From Anaeramoeba ignava BMAN (lineage: Eukaryota > Protista > Anaeramoebae), in assembly GCA_028826165.1 (NCBI GenBank), contig JAPDFW010000011.1:496001-560000 (forward strand): DNA of 64,000 nucleotides. The letters are read 5' to 3'. The translations under genes were made by a program, and so were the position numbers. The notes under the pieces were generated by a model. The model saw only the letters and a list, made by a program, of their open reading frames with translations. It had not been told where the DNA came from and ran no database searches. Of this stretch, positions 25,187 to 39,425 are shown one piece after another; within the stretch, counting starts at the first letter, position 1; each line of letters begins with the position of its first letter.

Positions 25187-25412
25187 AAAAAAGTGGAACA
25201 AATATTTTTTTATTAATCCAAATTATTTATTTATCAAATTAATATTTATTTATTAAATTAAAATTTATTTCTAAATTAATATTTATTTCCAAATTAATAT
25301 TTATCTCTAAATTAATATTTATTTATCAAATTAATATTTATCAATCAAAAAAAGTGGAACAAATATTTTTTTATTAATCCAAATTATTTATTTATCAAAT
25401 TAATATTTATTT
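25187..25412. repeat. intergenic direct repeat with ~161-bp period, containing AAAAAGTGGAACA and internal 19-bp CAAATTAATATTTATTTAT units
   Basis: GTGGAACAAATATTTTTTTATTAATCCAAATT starts at both 25193 and 25354. Confidence 0.85.
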
Positions 25413-25844
25413 CCAAATCAAATTCTAAATCAAATTTTTAATCAAACTTATAAAATAATTTTTAATCAAACTTATAAAATAATTTTTAATCAAATTTATA
25501 AATAATTTTTTAATTTAAATTAATAAGGGAAAAATAAAAAAAAATGTTTAAAAAAAGTTAAATAAAAGTTTTTTTTAATTTTTCTTTTTAATTTTTTTAA
25601 TTTTTAAATTAGCAAAAATGAAAAAAAATTGATTTATTTTTAAATAAATTTTTAATCAAATTTATAAAAATAATTTTTCTTTATTTAGGGGCATTTAAAT
25701 AATATAAAATTAAAATAAATCTTATAAAAGTTTTTAATTTTTCTTTTTAATTATTTTACAAAATTTTTCACTCAAAAACTTCATTTTTCTTTTTTCCTTT
25801 TTTTTTTTTAGTTTTGAATTTTGTTTTAAATTTTTGTTTTATAA

Positions 25845-26709
25845 ATGAATAATAAAGAAAATAATTTTGATAAAGAAACCAATACAGAAGAAAAAGAAGA
25901 AAACACTGAAAAACAAACAACATTCAATTTAAATAATTTTACAAATGATGAACCAACAAAACAACCACAAAATCAACAAAGAATGAATAAAGAACGAAAT
26001 ATTCCAAACGCCACATCATCAAAAAATTTAAATAAAAATAAAAAAGAAAATCAAAATAAAAATAATAAAAAAAGACAATCAAAAAATCAAGTCCAAAAAA
26101 AAGAAGCAAAGAATAGAAAAAACAATAAAAATAAAAATAAAAATAATAAAAATAAAAATAATAAAATAAGAAAAAAAATAAAAAAGGTTTTTCTTCAAAA
26201 GACTTGCTATCAATTACTTCAAGAAGTCAATTAAAATTTTTAACAAAAGATCAAAAAAAAGAAAGACGAAAATTAAAGAATAGAATTAGTGCAAGAAATA
26301 GTCGAGAAAGAGTAAAACAAAAAGTAGTTGATCTTCAACAACATGTCGGAGAATTGGAACAAGAAAATCAAAATTTGAAAAAAGAAGTAGAAAATTTACA
26401 TCAAGAAATGAATCAACTCCAAGTAAGAAAATTTTTTATTAAAAGAAAAAAAAAATGTATTTAAAAAAAAATGTGGATCAAAAAAAAAATTTTTTTTTTC
26501 CGTTTTTTTTTTCCGTTTTTGCTTTTTTTTTTTTTTAGCAACAATTAAAAGGACCAGATAATTTTATTTTTCAACAACAAAATGCTGAAGAAAGACAAAT
26601 TACAAGTCAAATTATGGCAAATTTCCAAATGTCTGGATATAGATTTGTTTATCCAAATGATTATATTCCTCCTCCTTCAAATTTTCCTAGTAATTCTCAA
26701 ATGAATTGA
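25845..26709 (+). CDS. bZIP transcription factor (frameshift ~26163, intron 26423-26538)
   Basis: KKERRKLKNRISARNSRERVK basic region followed by a leucine zipper (L..HVGEL...NQNL..EV..L); the spliced last exon ends SNSQMN*. Confidence 0.88.
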
Positions 26710-26898
26710 GGATTATTTATTATTATTATTTTATTTTTGTTCTTTTTTCTTTTAAAAATAAATCAAATAAAATTTTCTTTTTAAAAAAAAATTTTAATTT
26801 GAAAAATTTTAATTTTTTTGGAAATCATTTTTTTTCTTTTAATTTCCTTTTTTCTTTTATTTTTATATCTATTTTTTTTGTGTGTTAAAAAATAATTC

Positions 26899-28593
26899 AT
26901 GAAAGAGGTTAAACCTTCTAAAAGAGATAATACATTTTCAATATTAAATACAAGCGGAACAGATCAAACATTTTTATCAATTCTTGCATTTCTTTATCTT
27001 TCTACAGCAATTGCAACTTTATATGAAATGATTTTACATTTTCGTTTTTGGATGTATTTTTTCCAAATGAAAAAAAAAATTTTTTGAAACAAAATTACAA
27101 TTAATTCAAATGATGAAATGATTTGATGAAGAGAAAAAAAATTTTTTAAAAAAAAAATAACACAAAAAAAATAATAAATAATTCATTTGCAAAATAAAAT
27201 CAGGCAAACTGGACCTCATTCTCATACAACAAAAATTATTCGTGGATTCAGAGTGTTTATTTTACTTTGTGCTTCTTGGGTTATGATTCATAAAGGATTT
27301 TTAATGATTTTTGGTTTTAAAACAGAATCAGTTGAATATGTTTTAATTTTTTATTTCTTTTATAAAAATTATTTATAAAATTAAATTCCTTTTCAATTTT
27401 TAAAATTATTTATAAAATTATTTATAAAATTAAATATAAAATTAAATATAAAATTATTTATAAAATTAATTATAAAAATTATAAATTAAATATAAAATTA
27501 TTTATAAAATTAAATTATTTATAAAATTATTTATAAAATTAAATATTTATAAAATTAATTATAAAATTATTTATAAAATTATTTATAAAATTATTTATAA
27601 AATTATTTTATAAAATTAAATATAAAATTATTTATAAAATTAAATTATTTATAAAAATTATTTATAAAATTATAAAAATTATTTATAAAATTATTTATAA
27701 ATAAATTAAATATAAAATTAATTATAAAATTATTTATAAAATTATTATAAAATTATTTATAAAATTATTTATAAATTTATTTATTAAATTAAATATAAAA
27801 TTAATTATAAAATTATAAATAAAATTATTTATAAAATTAATTATAAAATTATTTATAAAATTAAATATAAAATTAATTATAAAATTATTTATAAAATTAT
27901 TTATAAAATTATTTATAAAATTATTTATAAAATTATTTATAAATTAAATATAAAATTATTTATAAAATTATTTATAAAATTAATTTATTAAATTAATTAT
28001 AAATTATAAATTGATATTTAAGATATATCCTACTGGCTTGGTTACTTGGAATAATAAGATATACAACAATTACAAACCAAAAAATGATAAAAAAGGTTTT
28101 AAATCCATTATTTATTCTACTGATTATAATATGTTTAGCATTATTACTTTTAGCTGGAAAATACGCACATCACACAAATACACAATTTATTATGAGTGGA
28201 TTATTATTTTCTGTTCTTGTTTTACTTTTGACACCATCTTCATATTTATTTTATCGAATCATACTTAAAATCAATGCAAATGTTCGTTCAGATTCTCGAG
28301 TAAAAACATTTATGGTTTTGATTTTCTTTAATTCAGTTGTTTTTTTAGTTCGAGCTACATTTGATTTTTTCAATGCAATAACACATGTGTTTCTTGATTG
28401 GACTTTGAAAAGTGATACAGCTTTCTTCTCAGTTTATTTTACTTGCATGATTTTGTTTGAAATTATTCCGGCTATTGTTCTTGTTTTGGCTTTTCATTTA
28501 AATATTACAAGTGAAATGAGTCGAACTCAAAGTATAATTGTAACTTCTCCTCAATATATTAATATTGAAACTGATGAAGAAAGTGATGATTAA
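26899..28593 (+). CDS. multi-pass membrane protein, THH1/TOM1/GPR137-like
   Basis: Exons 26899-27053, 27204-~27339 and 28023-28593 give multiple TM helices ending FLVRATF...ILFEIIPAIVLV, a pattern typical of the family. The intron 2 phase does not close, so an exon may be missing. Confidence 0.65.
27360..28010. repeat. intronic 12-bp satellite (ATAAAATTATTT family)
   Basis: Same unit as 14980-15740. Confidence 0.92.
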
Positions 28594-28803
28594 AGAATTA
28601 TTTACTTTCTAAAAATTTAAAAATTGGAATAATTCCCATTTTCCATTTTTTTTCTTTTTTTTCTTTTAAATTTTCCTTTTTTTTTTTTTGTTACAATTAA
28701 ATTTTTCAATTAAAATTTTTTCAATTTTTTTTTCATTTTTTTTTTTCATTTTTCTCTTTTCATTTTTCTCAAGTTTACTTTTTTATTTTTTTCTTTATTT
28801 TAT

Positions 28804-31800
28804 ATGGTAGATAATTTTCAAATTGGAGATCCTGTTTATTGGAATTCTAACTCAGGAAAAGTTTCTTTTGTTGGAGAAACTAAGTTTGCACCAGGAATTT
28901 GGATTGGAATTACTTTAGATCAATCTGGTAAAAAAACAAAACAAAATTTAATTATAATTTTAATTTTAATTATAATTTTAATTTTAATTTTATTTATAAT
29001 TTTATTTATAATTTTTAATTTTTAATTTAAGTTGGTGAACATAATGGAACTTATTTTGGTGTTAAATATTTTGAATGTGAAAAAAATCATGGAATTTTTG
29101 CACAATCCAAGAGAAATAAAAAGAACAATTTTGATAGATGAACTTTTAACAGAAAATGAAAGTAATTACAATTCAAATATTAACAAAAAAAATATAAAAT
29201 ATAAAATATAAAATATAAAATATAAAATAATTCATTTTATTCATTAATTTTTAATTTAAATATGATTTAGATCTTGATGATCAAATTGAATCTTTAGAAG
29301 AATTGATTAAAAAACTTCAAGAAGAAAAAAAAGAAATGAATGAAAAGAACAATAATTTAGAAGAAAAAATGAATTCTTCTGAAAAAGAAAAAGTTTTTTT
29401 AGCTAATTTAAAACTTCGTGATGAAATTTTTTCTCTTCAAAATCAATTTGATGAAATGGAATATTCTCTTCAAGAAAAACAAAAAGAGGAAAATATTGTT
29501 GTGACAGAAATTGAAGTAGATTAAAAATTAAAATTCATTTATAAAAATAAAAATAAAATTTAAATTAAAATTAAAATTCATTTATTAAATTTAAATTTAT
29601 TTTTTTAGGAAGTTACTGATTCTTTACAATCAAGAAATAAAACAATTTTAAATCAAAAAATTGATGAAATGAATAAAGAAATTGCAGAATTAACATTTAA
29701 TTTTAATAATAAAAAAAAATTAGAAAAAAAGCTCAAAAACGCACAATAAATTTAAATTAAAAACAAAATTAATTTATAAAATTAAAAAACATTAAATCAA
29801 AAAACAATCAAGAAATTGGTATTAAAATTAAATTTAAAATTAAAATTCAAATTAAAATTCAAATTAAAATTAAAATTAATATTAAAATTGAAATTAAAAT
29901 TAAAATTTAAATTGATTTCATTTCTAGAAACTTTGAAAATTAAGATCCAAAATTTGAATAAAGAAATTTTAAATCTTGAACAACAAAAAAAACAAATGTT
30001 AAAACAAATGGAAAATTCAAATTCAAATTTTTTCTCTCAATCAAATCCTTATTTTTTAAGGGAAAAGAAAAAAGAACTTGAAAATGAATTAATTCGTGAA
30101 ACTCGAAGAAAAAATGATCTTGAAATGAGAAGACAACAATCAAATCTAGAACCACCTATAAATGGTATATTGATTGAAAATTAAAATTCATTTATTAAAA
30201 TTAAAATTAAAATTAATATTAAAATTTAAAATTAAAATTAAAATTAAAATTAAAATTAAAATTAAAATTAAAATTAAAAATAAAAATTAAAATTAATATT
30301 AAAATTAAAAATTAATATTAAAATTAAAATTAAAATTAAAATTAAAATTAAAATTAAAATAAAAATTAATATTAAAATTAAAATCAAAATTAATTTATAA
30401 AATTAAAATTAAAATTAAAATTAAATTTAAAATTAAAATTCAAGAAAATGAAACAAACGCAAATGTAAATAAAGCTCAATGGGTAGCAAAAGTTATGAAA
30501 AAATTCCCAGAAGTTCTTGAACTTCGTGAAAGATTAAGACCTGTAACAAAAGTTCTTTCATATTCTCGATTACTTAATAATTCAAAAACAGAATCAAGAG
30601 AAGGTTTTACAAAAGATGTTATAATTTCTTTAATTTTGCAACATTTTGATTCAGAAGGAAAGAAAGAAATACAACAATTTATTGAAGAAAAAACTGCAGT
30701 TGAATGTAATTTTATCTTAAAATTCATTTATAAAATTAAATTTAAAATGAAAATTAAAATTAAAATTAATATTAAAATTAAAATTAAAATTACAATTTAA
30801 AATTAAAATTAAAATTACAATTTAAAATTAAAATTAAAATTAAAATTAAAATTAAAATTCATTTAAAATTAAAATTATTATGAAAATTAAAATTAAATTT
30901 AAAATTTATTTATAAAATTTATTTATAAAATTAAAATTAAAATTAAAATTAAAATTAAAATTATTAAAATTAAAATTAAATTTAAATTTAAAATTAATAT
31001 TAAAATTAAAATTCATTTAAAATTAAAATTAAAATTTAAAAATCGGATAAAAATTTAAATAATAATAGATATTAAAGATAATGAAAAAGAAAGTAAACTT
31101 CTTCATCTTCTGAGATTAGCAATTAGAGATGTTGAACATCTTTGGGATTATGAATTTAATCAAGATCGACAATCAGGAATTTCTCCAAAAGAACAAGATG
31201 ATATTGTTGGAGAATCAGCAGATAGAAGAGGATTAGATTTTACATGTAAAAAAAAAATTATTTATTATAAAAAAATTTCATAAATTAATTCATTTTATTT
31301 ATAGTGGATGTAAATGATATTCCAATTTGGGATGAACCAGAAAATAATCCTAAAAATATTCGATTAGATGAAGATCAAAAGATAGAAGGTGCAAACATTA
31401 ATAAAATTATTGAATATTTAGTAACACATCCAGAAGGTAAATTAAATTTAAATTAAAATTAAAATTAAAATTAAAATTAAAATTTAAATTCATTTCAAAT
31501 TTAAAATTAAAATTAAAATTAAAATTCATTTCAAAATTCATTTCAAAATTAAAATTTAAAATTTAAAATTTAAATTCATTTCAAAATTAAAATTAAAATT
31601 CATTTCAAAATTAAAATTCATTTCAAATTTAAAATTAGATTTAAAATTAAAATTAAAATTCATTTCAAATTAAAATTAAAATTAAAATTAAAATTAAAAT
31701 TCATTTCAAAATTAAAATTTAAATTTAAATTCATTTCAAATTAAAATTAAAATTAAAATTAAAATTAAAATTCATTTCAAAATTAAAATTCATTTCAAAA

Positions 31801-33031
31801 TTAAAATTAAAATTAAAATTCATTTCAAAATTAAAATTAAAATTTAAATTCATTTCAAAATTCATTTCAAAATTCATTTCAAAAATAAAATTAAAATTAA
31901 AATTAAAATTTAAAATTCAAAATTCATTTATAAAATTAAAATTAATTAGATACTGAATTCCAAAAAGATTTCTTTCTTACATACGAATCTTTTATGAAAT
32001 CAGAACATTTACTTATGAAATTCATTCAAAGATTCCATTATCCCAAAAAAAAAGAAGAAGAAAACGGAGAAGAATATGAAAAAAAGAAAAAAGAAGAAGA
32101 AGAACGAGTGATGAACATAATTTATCAATGGGCAGTTGAATGCAAAAAAACATTTAATGAAGGAGTAGTATCACATTTATTGAATTTCATAAAACCAACA
32201 ACATATTCGCACAAATTCGAGCAACTATTTGAATCAAAAACAGAAAAAGAGAAGCTAAAACGACGACAACAAAGTTGTCCGCCACCGAAAGTAAACAAAG
32301 TTATTTTTTCATATAAATTCACACTGGCGGATCTTGACGAAGAGGAGTTTTCAAGACAAATTACTCTTCTTTTCTGGGATTATTACAGATCAATTCAACC
32401 GCCAGAGCTCATTAGAATGCGTTCAAATTCCTCGCTTGAAATGATGGAAGACGAGAAGCGAAGCAACACGCCAAATATCACGGCAATGATGAACAAACTT
32501 AAGGAATTCGAATTTTATATCATGGACCAAATCACAAGCAAAGGTCAAAAAAACAAAAATAAATCATTCTCAAGATTCACTAAAATCGGTGATTTCTTGA
32601 GGAAAAACAATAACTTTGTCTGCTTGTATGCGGTCATGAACGTTCTGAATTCGCAGAAAGTTCAATCCACTTTGAATGAAGTCACAAAAAATTTTCAACA
32701 AATTTTAGACGATTTTTCAGAATTATTTCAGAATTACTCAAAAGTTATCGAAAAAATCAAATCAGAAAATGTTCCTTGTATTCCCCATATCCAATTCTAT
32801 ATCGACCAGATTATAAAGGTTGATAATGAAAATCCGGATGAAATTGATGGATTGATTAATTTTTCAAAGAAAAGAAAAATTGCAAAAATTATTGATAATT
32901 TCCAATTCTTTCAAAAATATGCCTTTTCTTTTCTGTCAGTTTATCAAGTTCAAAATTTATTTCTTTCCGGTCATTTGATGGAACAAATTCCTGTTGAAGA
33001 TTTAAAAAGTGACGAAAAAAATACAAATTAA
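28804..33031 (+). CDS. Ras guanine nucleotide exchange factor with N-terminal CAP-Gly, coiled coil, LisH, REM and CDC25 domains (about 9 exons)
   Basis: CAP-Gly: GKVSFVGETKFAPGIWIGITLD..VGEHNGTYFGVKYFEC..NHGIF. LisH: KDVIISLILQHFDSEG. REM: GANINKIIEYL...FQKDFFLTYESFM. CDC25: EFSRQITL...IQPPEL...NNF..LYAV...PCIP...GLINFSKKR. The exons are phase-linked apart from anomalies at ~29120 and ~29745-29790. Confidence 0.85.
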
Positions 33032-33203
33032 GAAAATGAAAGAAAAATTTAATAACTTTTTTTTTCTTTTGATTTTTCCTTTTAATTTTTTCTTTTGGTT
33101 TTTTCTTTTTTTTCTTTTTTTTCTTTTAATTTTTCTTTTGAGATTTTTAATAAAAAAAGTGGAACAAAAAAAAAATATTTTTTGCTTTTTATTCTTTTCT
33201 TTT

Positions 33204-35994
33204 TTAACGGAAAAAAGCTTCAACTTCTTGCACTTTCCATTTAGTATTTCCAGCTAAAAAATTATTTGCTTCATTTGATCCTTTTGTAAATCCTTTAGGA
33301 TTTTCGAATCTCCAACCTGCAAAACATTTTCCCGTTTTGAAATTTTTTGATATTTTCAGGCTTGGATATAACATACCATATCCAAAATAAGGACCACTTG
33401 TTTGTTTAGAAAAAACCGCAAATTTTTCATTTTTTGGAAGAATGTTAAATTTTTCTGGTGGCGAATTTGATGGATTTTTCAAAGTGAAAATGAATGAAGA
33501 TTCATCTGTAATGCATCCTTGATTTGATTTAAATCCAACTTTTGTATATCCTCCAAAAATAAATCCATCAATTGTTTGAACAACTATTAATGTTTCATTT
33601 TTATCATCAACAATTTTATGGAAATTTTGACATGAAGATCCATCTTTCTTTAATGAAAATTTCAATTTCATTGGGTTTTCGTTGTTGTTGAAATTGATCC
33701 ATTTATTTAAATATTCAATGTATTCTTCGGTTAAAATTGGATCTTCTAATTTTGAATCTTGTTTGTTTTCGATTTGATTTGTTTCTTCTTTCTTTTCTGT
33801 TTCATCATTGCTAGTTAGAGATTCATCGATTGCTGATTCAGCTGAACTGATACTTTTTGGATCTTCATAATTTTTCTTTTTGTGTATTTTTTTGGTTGAT
33901 TCTTTTGATCTGTTATGAATATTTTTTTTCTGTTTTCTCTTGTGATTTGAATTAATTTCTTTTTGATTTTGATTTTTTCTGTTTTTTTGTTTTTTGTCAA
34001 TTTTTTTTTTGCTAATGAATTGATAATTTTGCTTTTGATTTTTATTTTATTTTTGATTTTGATTTTTATTTTGATTTTTGATTTTGATTTTGATTTTGAT
34101 TTTGATTTTGATTTTGATTTTGATTTTGATTTTCTTGAAAAGCATTTTGATTATATTCTTTTTCTTGAAAAGTATTTAGTTTGAATTCATTTTCCACTAA
34201 TTCAGTTTTTATTAATTCATCTAGTTTGAATTCATTTCCCAGTAATTCATTTATTTTTTTAAACATATTTAAGATCTTTTGTAAATTAAGTTGTTTGAAT
34301 TCTTGAAATTCAGGAAATTTGTTCTTTTGTAGAATTTGTAGAAATTGTTGAAATTGTTCAATTTGTTCAAATTTTTTTGGATTTAATTCAGAATTCTCAT
34401 CTTGAAATTGACCAAAATTTCCAATTTGTTGAGAAAAAATATTTCCAACATTAAATTTTTGATTTTGATTTTGATTTTGATTTTGATTTTGATTTTGATT
34501 TTGATTAAAATTTTGATTTTGATTAAAATTTTGATTTTGATTTTGATTTTGATTTTGATTAAAATTTGAATTTTGATTTGGATTAAAATTTGAATTTTGA
34601 TTTTGATTTTGATTTGGATTAAAATTTGGATTAAAATTTGGATTAAAATTTGCATTTTGATTTGGATTTTGATTCGCATTAAAATTTGAATTTTGATTTT
34701 GATTTTGATTTGGATTTTGATTTTGATTAAAATTTTGATTTTGATTTGGATTAAAATTTGAATTTTGATTTGGATTAAAATTTGAATTTTGATTTGGATT
34801 AAAATTTTCATTAAAATTTGGATTTTGATTTGGATTAAAATTTGAATTTTGATTTTGATTTGCATTTTGATTTTGATTTTGATTAAAATTTTGATTTTGA
34901 TTTTGATTTTGATTTTGATTTTGATTTGGATTTGAATTTGGATTAAAATTTGGATTTTGATTTGCATTAAAATTTGAATTAAAATTTGAATTAAAATTTG
35001 GATTTTGATTTGGATTTTGATTCGCATTAAAATTTGAATTTTGATTTTGATTTTGATTTGGATTAAAATTTGAATTTTGATTTGAATTTGGATTTTGATT
35101 CGCATTAAAATTTGGATTTTGATTCGCATTAAAATTTGAATTTTGATTCGCATTAAAATTTGAATTTTGATTTGGATTAAAATTTGAATTTTGATTTTGA
35201 TTTTGATTTTGATTTGCATTAAAATTTGAATTTTGATTTGGATTTGCATTAAAATTTGAATTTGCATTATTTTGTTTTTGAAATAGATGATGATTTTTAA
35301 CAGCTTGTAAAAATTCATCTCGTGAATTAAATTGATTTGTTTTTTGAGATTGAAAAGATTTAAAAGGAAAATAGTCTAAATAAGAAAGTAAATTTTGCAA
35401 ATCAACATCAATAGATAATTTATCTAGAAAATCAAGAAAATTGAACAATTCATTTATAGATAAAATAGATTCTGTAATTGAATAAATTAATTTTGAGTGA
35501 TTATTTTCAACAAATTGCTGGAATTTTTGATATAATGCCTCTGAATGATAAGTTTCTAAAACTGGGAAATAAAGGAAAAAGTTCTGAATATTCAAAGAAT
35601 TTATCAAATACTTTTCCAAATGTTGAGATAAATCATTTAATTGAAAAAAATTTGAAGCAATTAAAATTTCAGGAATATTTCTTGTGTAAATATAAAAAAT
35701 ATCAATATTTGATGAATAAATATATAAGAGTATCAAAGACATTGTTTCTTGTGAAATTCCAGAAAAAAATAATTCTTTTTGATTTGGATTTTTTTTTAAT
35801 ATTTCTTTTAGTTTTGGAGAACGAGCATATAAAAGTATTTTATGGCATTTGAATTCAAAATTTTGTTTCCCACATAAAATTTTAATATCAGTAAATAAAT
35901 TATTTGATTCTAAAAATAAAGTGGATAAATCATTTGTTAATTTTTGAACATGAATTAAAGATGAAGAATGATTAGAATAAAAGGTTGGATCCAT
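33204..35994 (-). CDS. BTB, N/Q/F low-complexity repeat, TLDc domain protein (frameshift ~34040-34080)
   Basis: BTB: FTDIKILCG...FKCHKILLYARSP...LLYIYS. The frame upstream of ORF 33204-33671 is open without a Met back to ~34040. TLDc: FSLKKDG...FHKIVDDK...FIFGGYT...GPYFG...VQEVEAF. Confidence 0.85.
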
Positions 35995-36155
35995 TTATTT
36001 TTAATTTAATAATTATAATTTTAATTTTAATTTAAAAACCGGAAAAAAAAATGGAATAAAAAAAATGAAAAAAAAAATTAATTAAAAAACTTTTTTTTCT
36101 CCTTTTTTATTTAATTTTAAATTTTTTTTTTTCTCCTTTTTTAATTTTTTATTTA

Positions 36156-39100
36156 TTAAAATTTTTTAAGATTAAATTCATTAAAAGTTGATAATTGAAC
36201 CTGTAAACTTTTCACTCTTGCTTCTAAAGAACTTGTTTGTTCTTTCAAATTATTATTTTCAGCTTTTAGATCTTGATTTTCTTGATCCATTTCAGAATAT
36301 AAAATTAATAATTCATTGTGATCTTTTTTAAATTGTTCCAATTCATTTTTAACTTTTAAAAATTCTTCTTCAATTTCTTCTTTTTCTTTTTTTTTGAAAT
36401 TCATTGCAATTGAAATTTCATTTTTTGCTAGTTCAAATTCTTTTTCTTGCTCTTTTAATTTTTCTTGAAGAAATTCAGTTTCTTTTTGGGATTGTTGAGT
36501 TAAGTTTTGAATTTGAATATCTTTTTCAATTAAATTTTGTTTCAGATTTTGGATTTGAGAGTTTTTTTCTTCAATTTCTTTCTTAATTTTTTGGAATTCC
36601 TCTGTTGATTCCAAATCAATAATTTTAGAAGGAATATTTTCCTGAATTTGATCATTTGGCGAAATTTGTTCATTAATTAATTGGTGGTTATTTTTTGAAG
36701 GTGCTAAATGAAACTGGAAATCCTTTTTAGATTTTTTTGAGTTTTGGAATTGACTTTTGATTTGGTTCAAGCAAGTTTTATAAAAAATAGTGAACTCATT
36801 ATCATAAAAAGGGAACTTATCAACATTGCCGACATCAATTTCAAGAGTTGATTTATCAAGTTCAGCCTCAATAAATTGGGGTGATTTTTTGAGCATATTG
36901 ATTTTTTGAATAAAAACATCGACTCCAATCCGAGTTCGAATTATATTATCAATGCGAACAAATTGTGACTGTAAAAGTGATTTTTCCTGTTCAGAAATAA
37001 CCGAGTAATTATTTTGGTTGTTGAAATCAAATAGCAAACAAATTCCAAGCAGAAGAGAAAATAGTGCTTGAATATGAATGTTTGAATTTGAGAGAATCAT
37101 TGAAACAAAAAAAGTAAGCATTTCTCCCTCTTTAACTGTCATTAATTGAGGATCTGTTTTTTTACTTGGATTGACTAAATCAAGTGAGAGGAATTTTGCA
37201 ATTGCTTCGTTGCAATTAAAAAGCCAAATGCAAAGAATTTTGATAATTCCGATTTGTATCAGTTTTTTGGGTGTTTCTTTGTTGCTTTCCTGAATTAATG
37301 AATCCACGAGCTTGGGAAGTAAATATTGAATTGAATCGTTTCTTGTGGATAAAGGCGCCTTCAATGCAATCACTTTTGAGTCGTGGTTGTCCTTTAGTAT
37401 TTGGCAAAAAATAACTGACGCAAACCAAGAAGAAAGAGGATCCAAATTATTATCGCCATCATTTGCATTTTCTTTATTGTTTTCAATTATATTAATATTT
37501 TCCTTATTTGATGAATCGAGTATTGAATGGTGAATCAATGAGTCAATCAATAGTTTCCCTATTGATGCGCTATCAAGATCGCTTTCTTTATCAAGTTCAT
37601 CTGGTGTGATTGTAATTGATGATGATATTGAAATTTGTGCGTTTGCATTTTCGGATAAATAGCACTGGAATGCATAAACTGCTGCTATTTTTTCCTCAAT
37701 ATCTGGTGAATATAAAATGATTATTAAAATGTGCCAAATTATTGTTTTGGCTGTTTGTGATTCTGTTGATTCTTCAGTGATTTTGATTTCGGAAAATGTT
37801 TTTTGATTTTCTGGATGGTTTGCGATTATGTCTCCTAAAACATGGAATGCCATGACTCTAATTTCCAAAGCTATTTGCAAAACTACAGCTAGATATATTA
37901 TTGACATTAAATTATCTTTTTTTCCTAAAATATCCTTTAAATTTTTTAAATTGATTTTTTAAATTGATTTTTTAATTTTTGAATTAAATTTATTTTTGGT
38001 CTTCATTCTAATATACTTGATTTGCTTTTAAATTAGGTCCTACTTGTGAACCAGAAACTAAAATACCAATAATCTTTAAAGTATTAATAATTGTAACTTT
38101 ACGTGCTCCAATTTCAATATCTTAAATTTAAATTTAAATTTAAATTTGATAAATTTTAATAAAATTATTTTGTTGTTTTTGTTTCCTTTCAAAAAAATTA
38201 AAATACTTGAAGAATAATCTTCATTTGTTAAATTAAGCAAAGAAACTAATTTTTGAACACAGGCAGTTTCACGGAAATAATTCTTGAAAATAGAATTTTG
38301 GATATAAATTTAATTATAATTTTCTAAATATAAATTTTAAATTAGAAATTTGTTGATAAATACTTGATTTGAAATATTATCAGAAAGTAAAGTAGTCATA
38401 GCATTAAAACAATCTTGAATAACAACAGCATCATCAGCTTTTTCTTCTTGTTGAATAATTGATATTAAAATGGGGAAAATTTCTTCAAAAGCAACAATTT
38501 TTTGAATTTCTAAATTGTCTTTAATAAATTCAGTTACAAGAAGAAGAGATTCATTACGAATGGCTTCTCTTTTATCAGTAAGTAACTGAATAATATTTGA
38601 AATTCCATTTCCTGTTGATAAAATAATTGGCTGAATTCGAATTCTTTGGAAATGTAATAAATTCGTTAACAACTTAATTGCAAAATAACGAATTTCATAA
38701 TTTGATGTTTTTAAAATAGAAACTAATTCTTGAAGAAAACTTTCATTTTTCGTTAGTTTTTCTATATTAAGTTTCCAAACGTCATCCTGCTTGATAATAA
38801 GACTTTAATTAGATTATCTTTCTTTTTTTTTCTCCTGAATTTTTTGCATACCTTTTTTTTCTGTGTTAAATTGTTCAAAATCTCAAGAGCGTTTGTAATT
38901 ATTTTTTGATCTTCCTCGTCTGAGATCAAGGAAACTATGTGGTTTATAGAGTTTGAAACAAGCTAGTGTTTAAAATCAATTAGTTTATTTTCCTCCAAAT
39001 TTCATTCTCTTTTGTTGTTTCTTTTTTTGTTGTCTTACTTTTTGTTTTTTCGATGAGAATTTAATTAATTCACTTGTTGTGTGTAAAAGATCTTTTTTTT

Positions 39101-39179
39101 TTTCAATTTTATTGATTAATTCTTCAATATATTTCTCATCATCTGGAAGTGGAGCTATTAATTTTCCAAGTAAATTCAT
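36156..39179 (-). CDS. USO1: general vesicular transport factor p115/USO1 (multi-exon)
   Basis: GISNIIQLLTDKREAIRNESLLL...IQKIVAFEEIF...VVIQDC...NISNQ(n)YFRETAC matches the p115 armadillo head; LGDIIANH.ENQ; WLFNC; LLLGIC; C-terminal coiled coil with DHNELLIL. Confidence 0.93.
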
Positions 39180-39425
39180 TATTTAAATGAAATGAAAAAA
39201 ATGAAAAAAATGAAAAAAAATTTTTTCATTTAAAAAAAAAAAAGAAAAAGAAAAAGAAAAAGAAAAAGAAAAAGAAACACGTTTTGTTTTAAAATAAAAA
39301 GAAATTTAAATTAAAAAAAAAAAGATCCGATTTTGAAAAATAAAAATTTAAAAAAATAAAAAAATTAAAATTTTAAAATTTGGTTTTTTCATTTTTTTTT
39401 TCATTTTCTTTTTTATTTAATAGAA

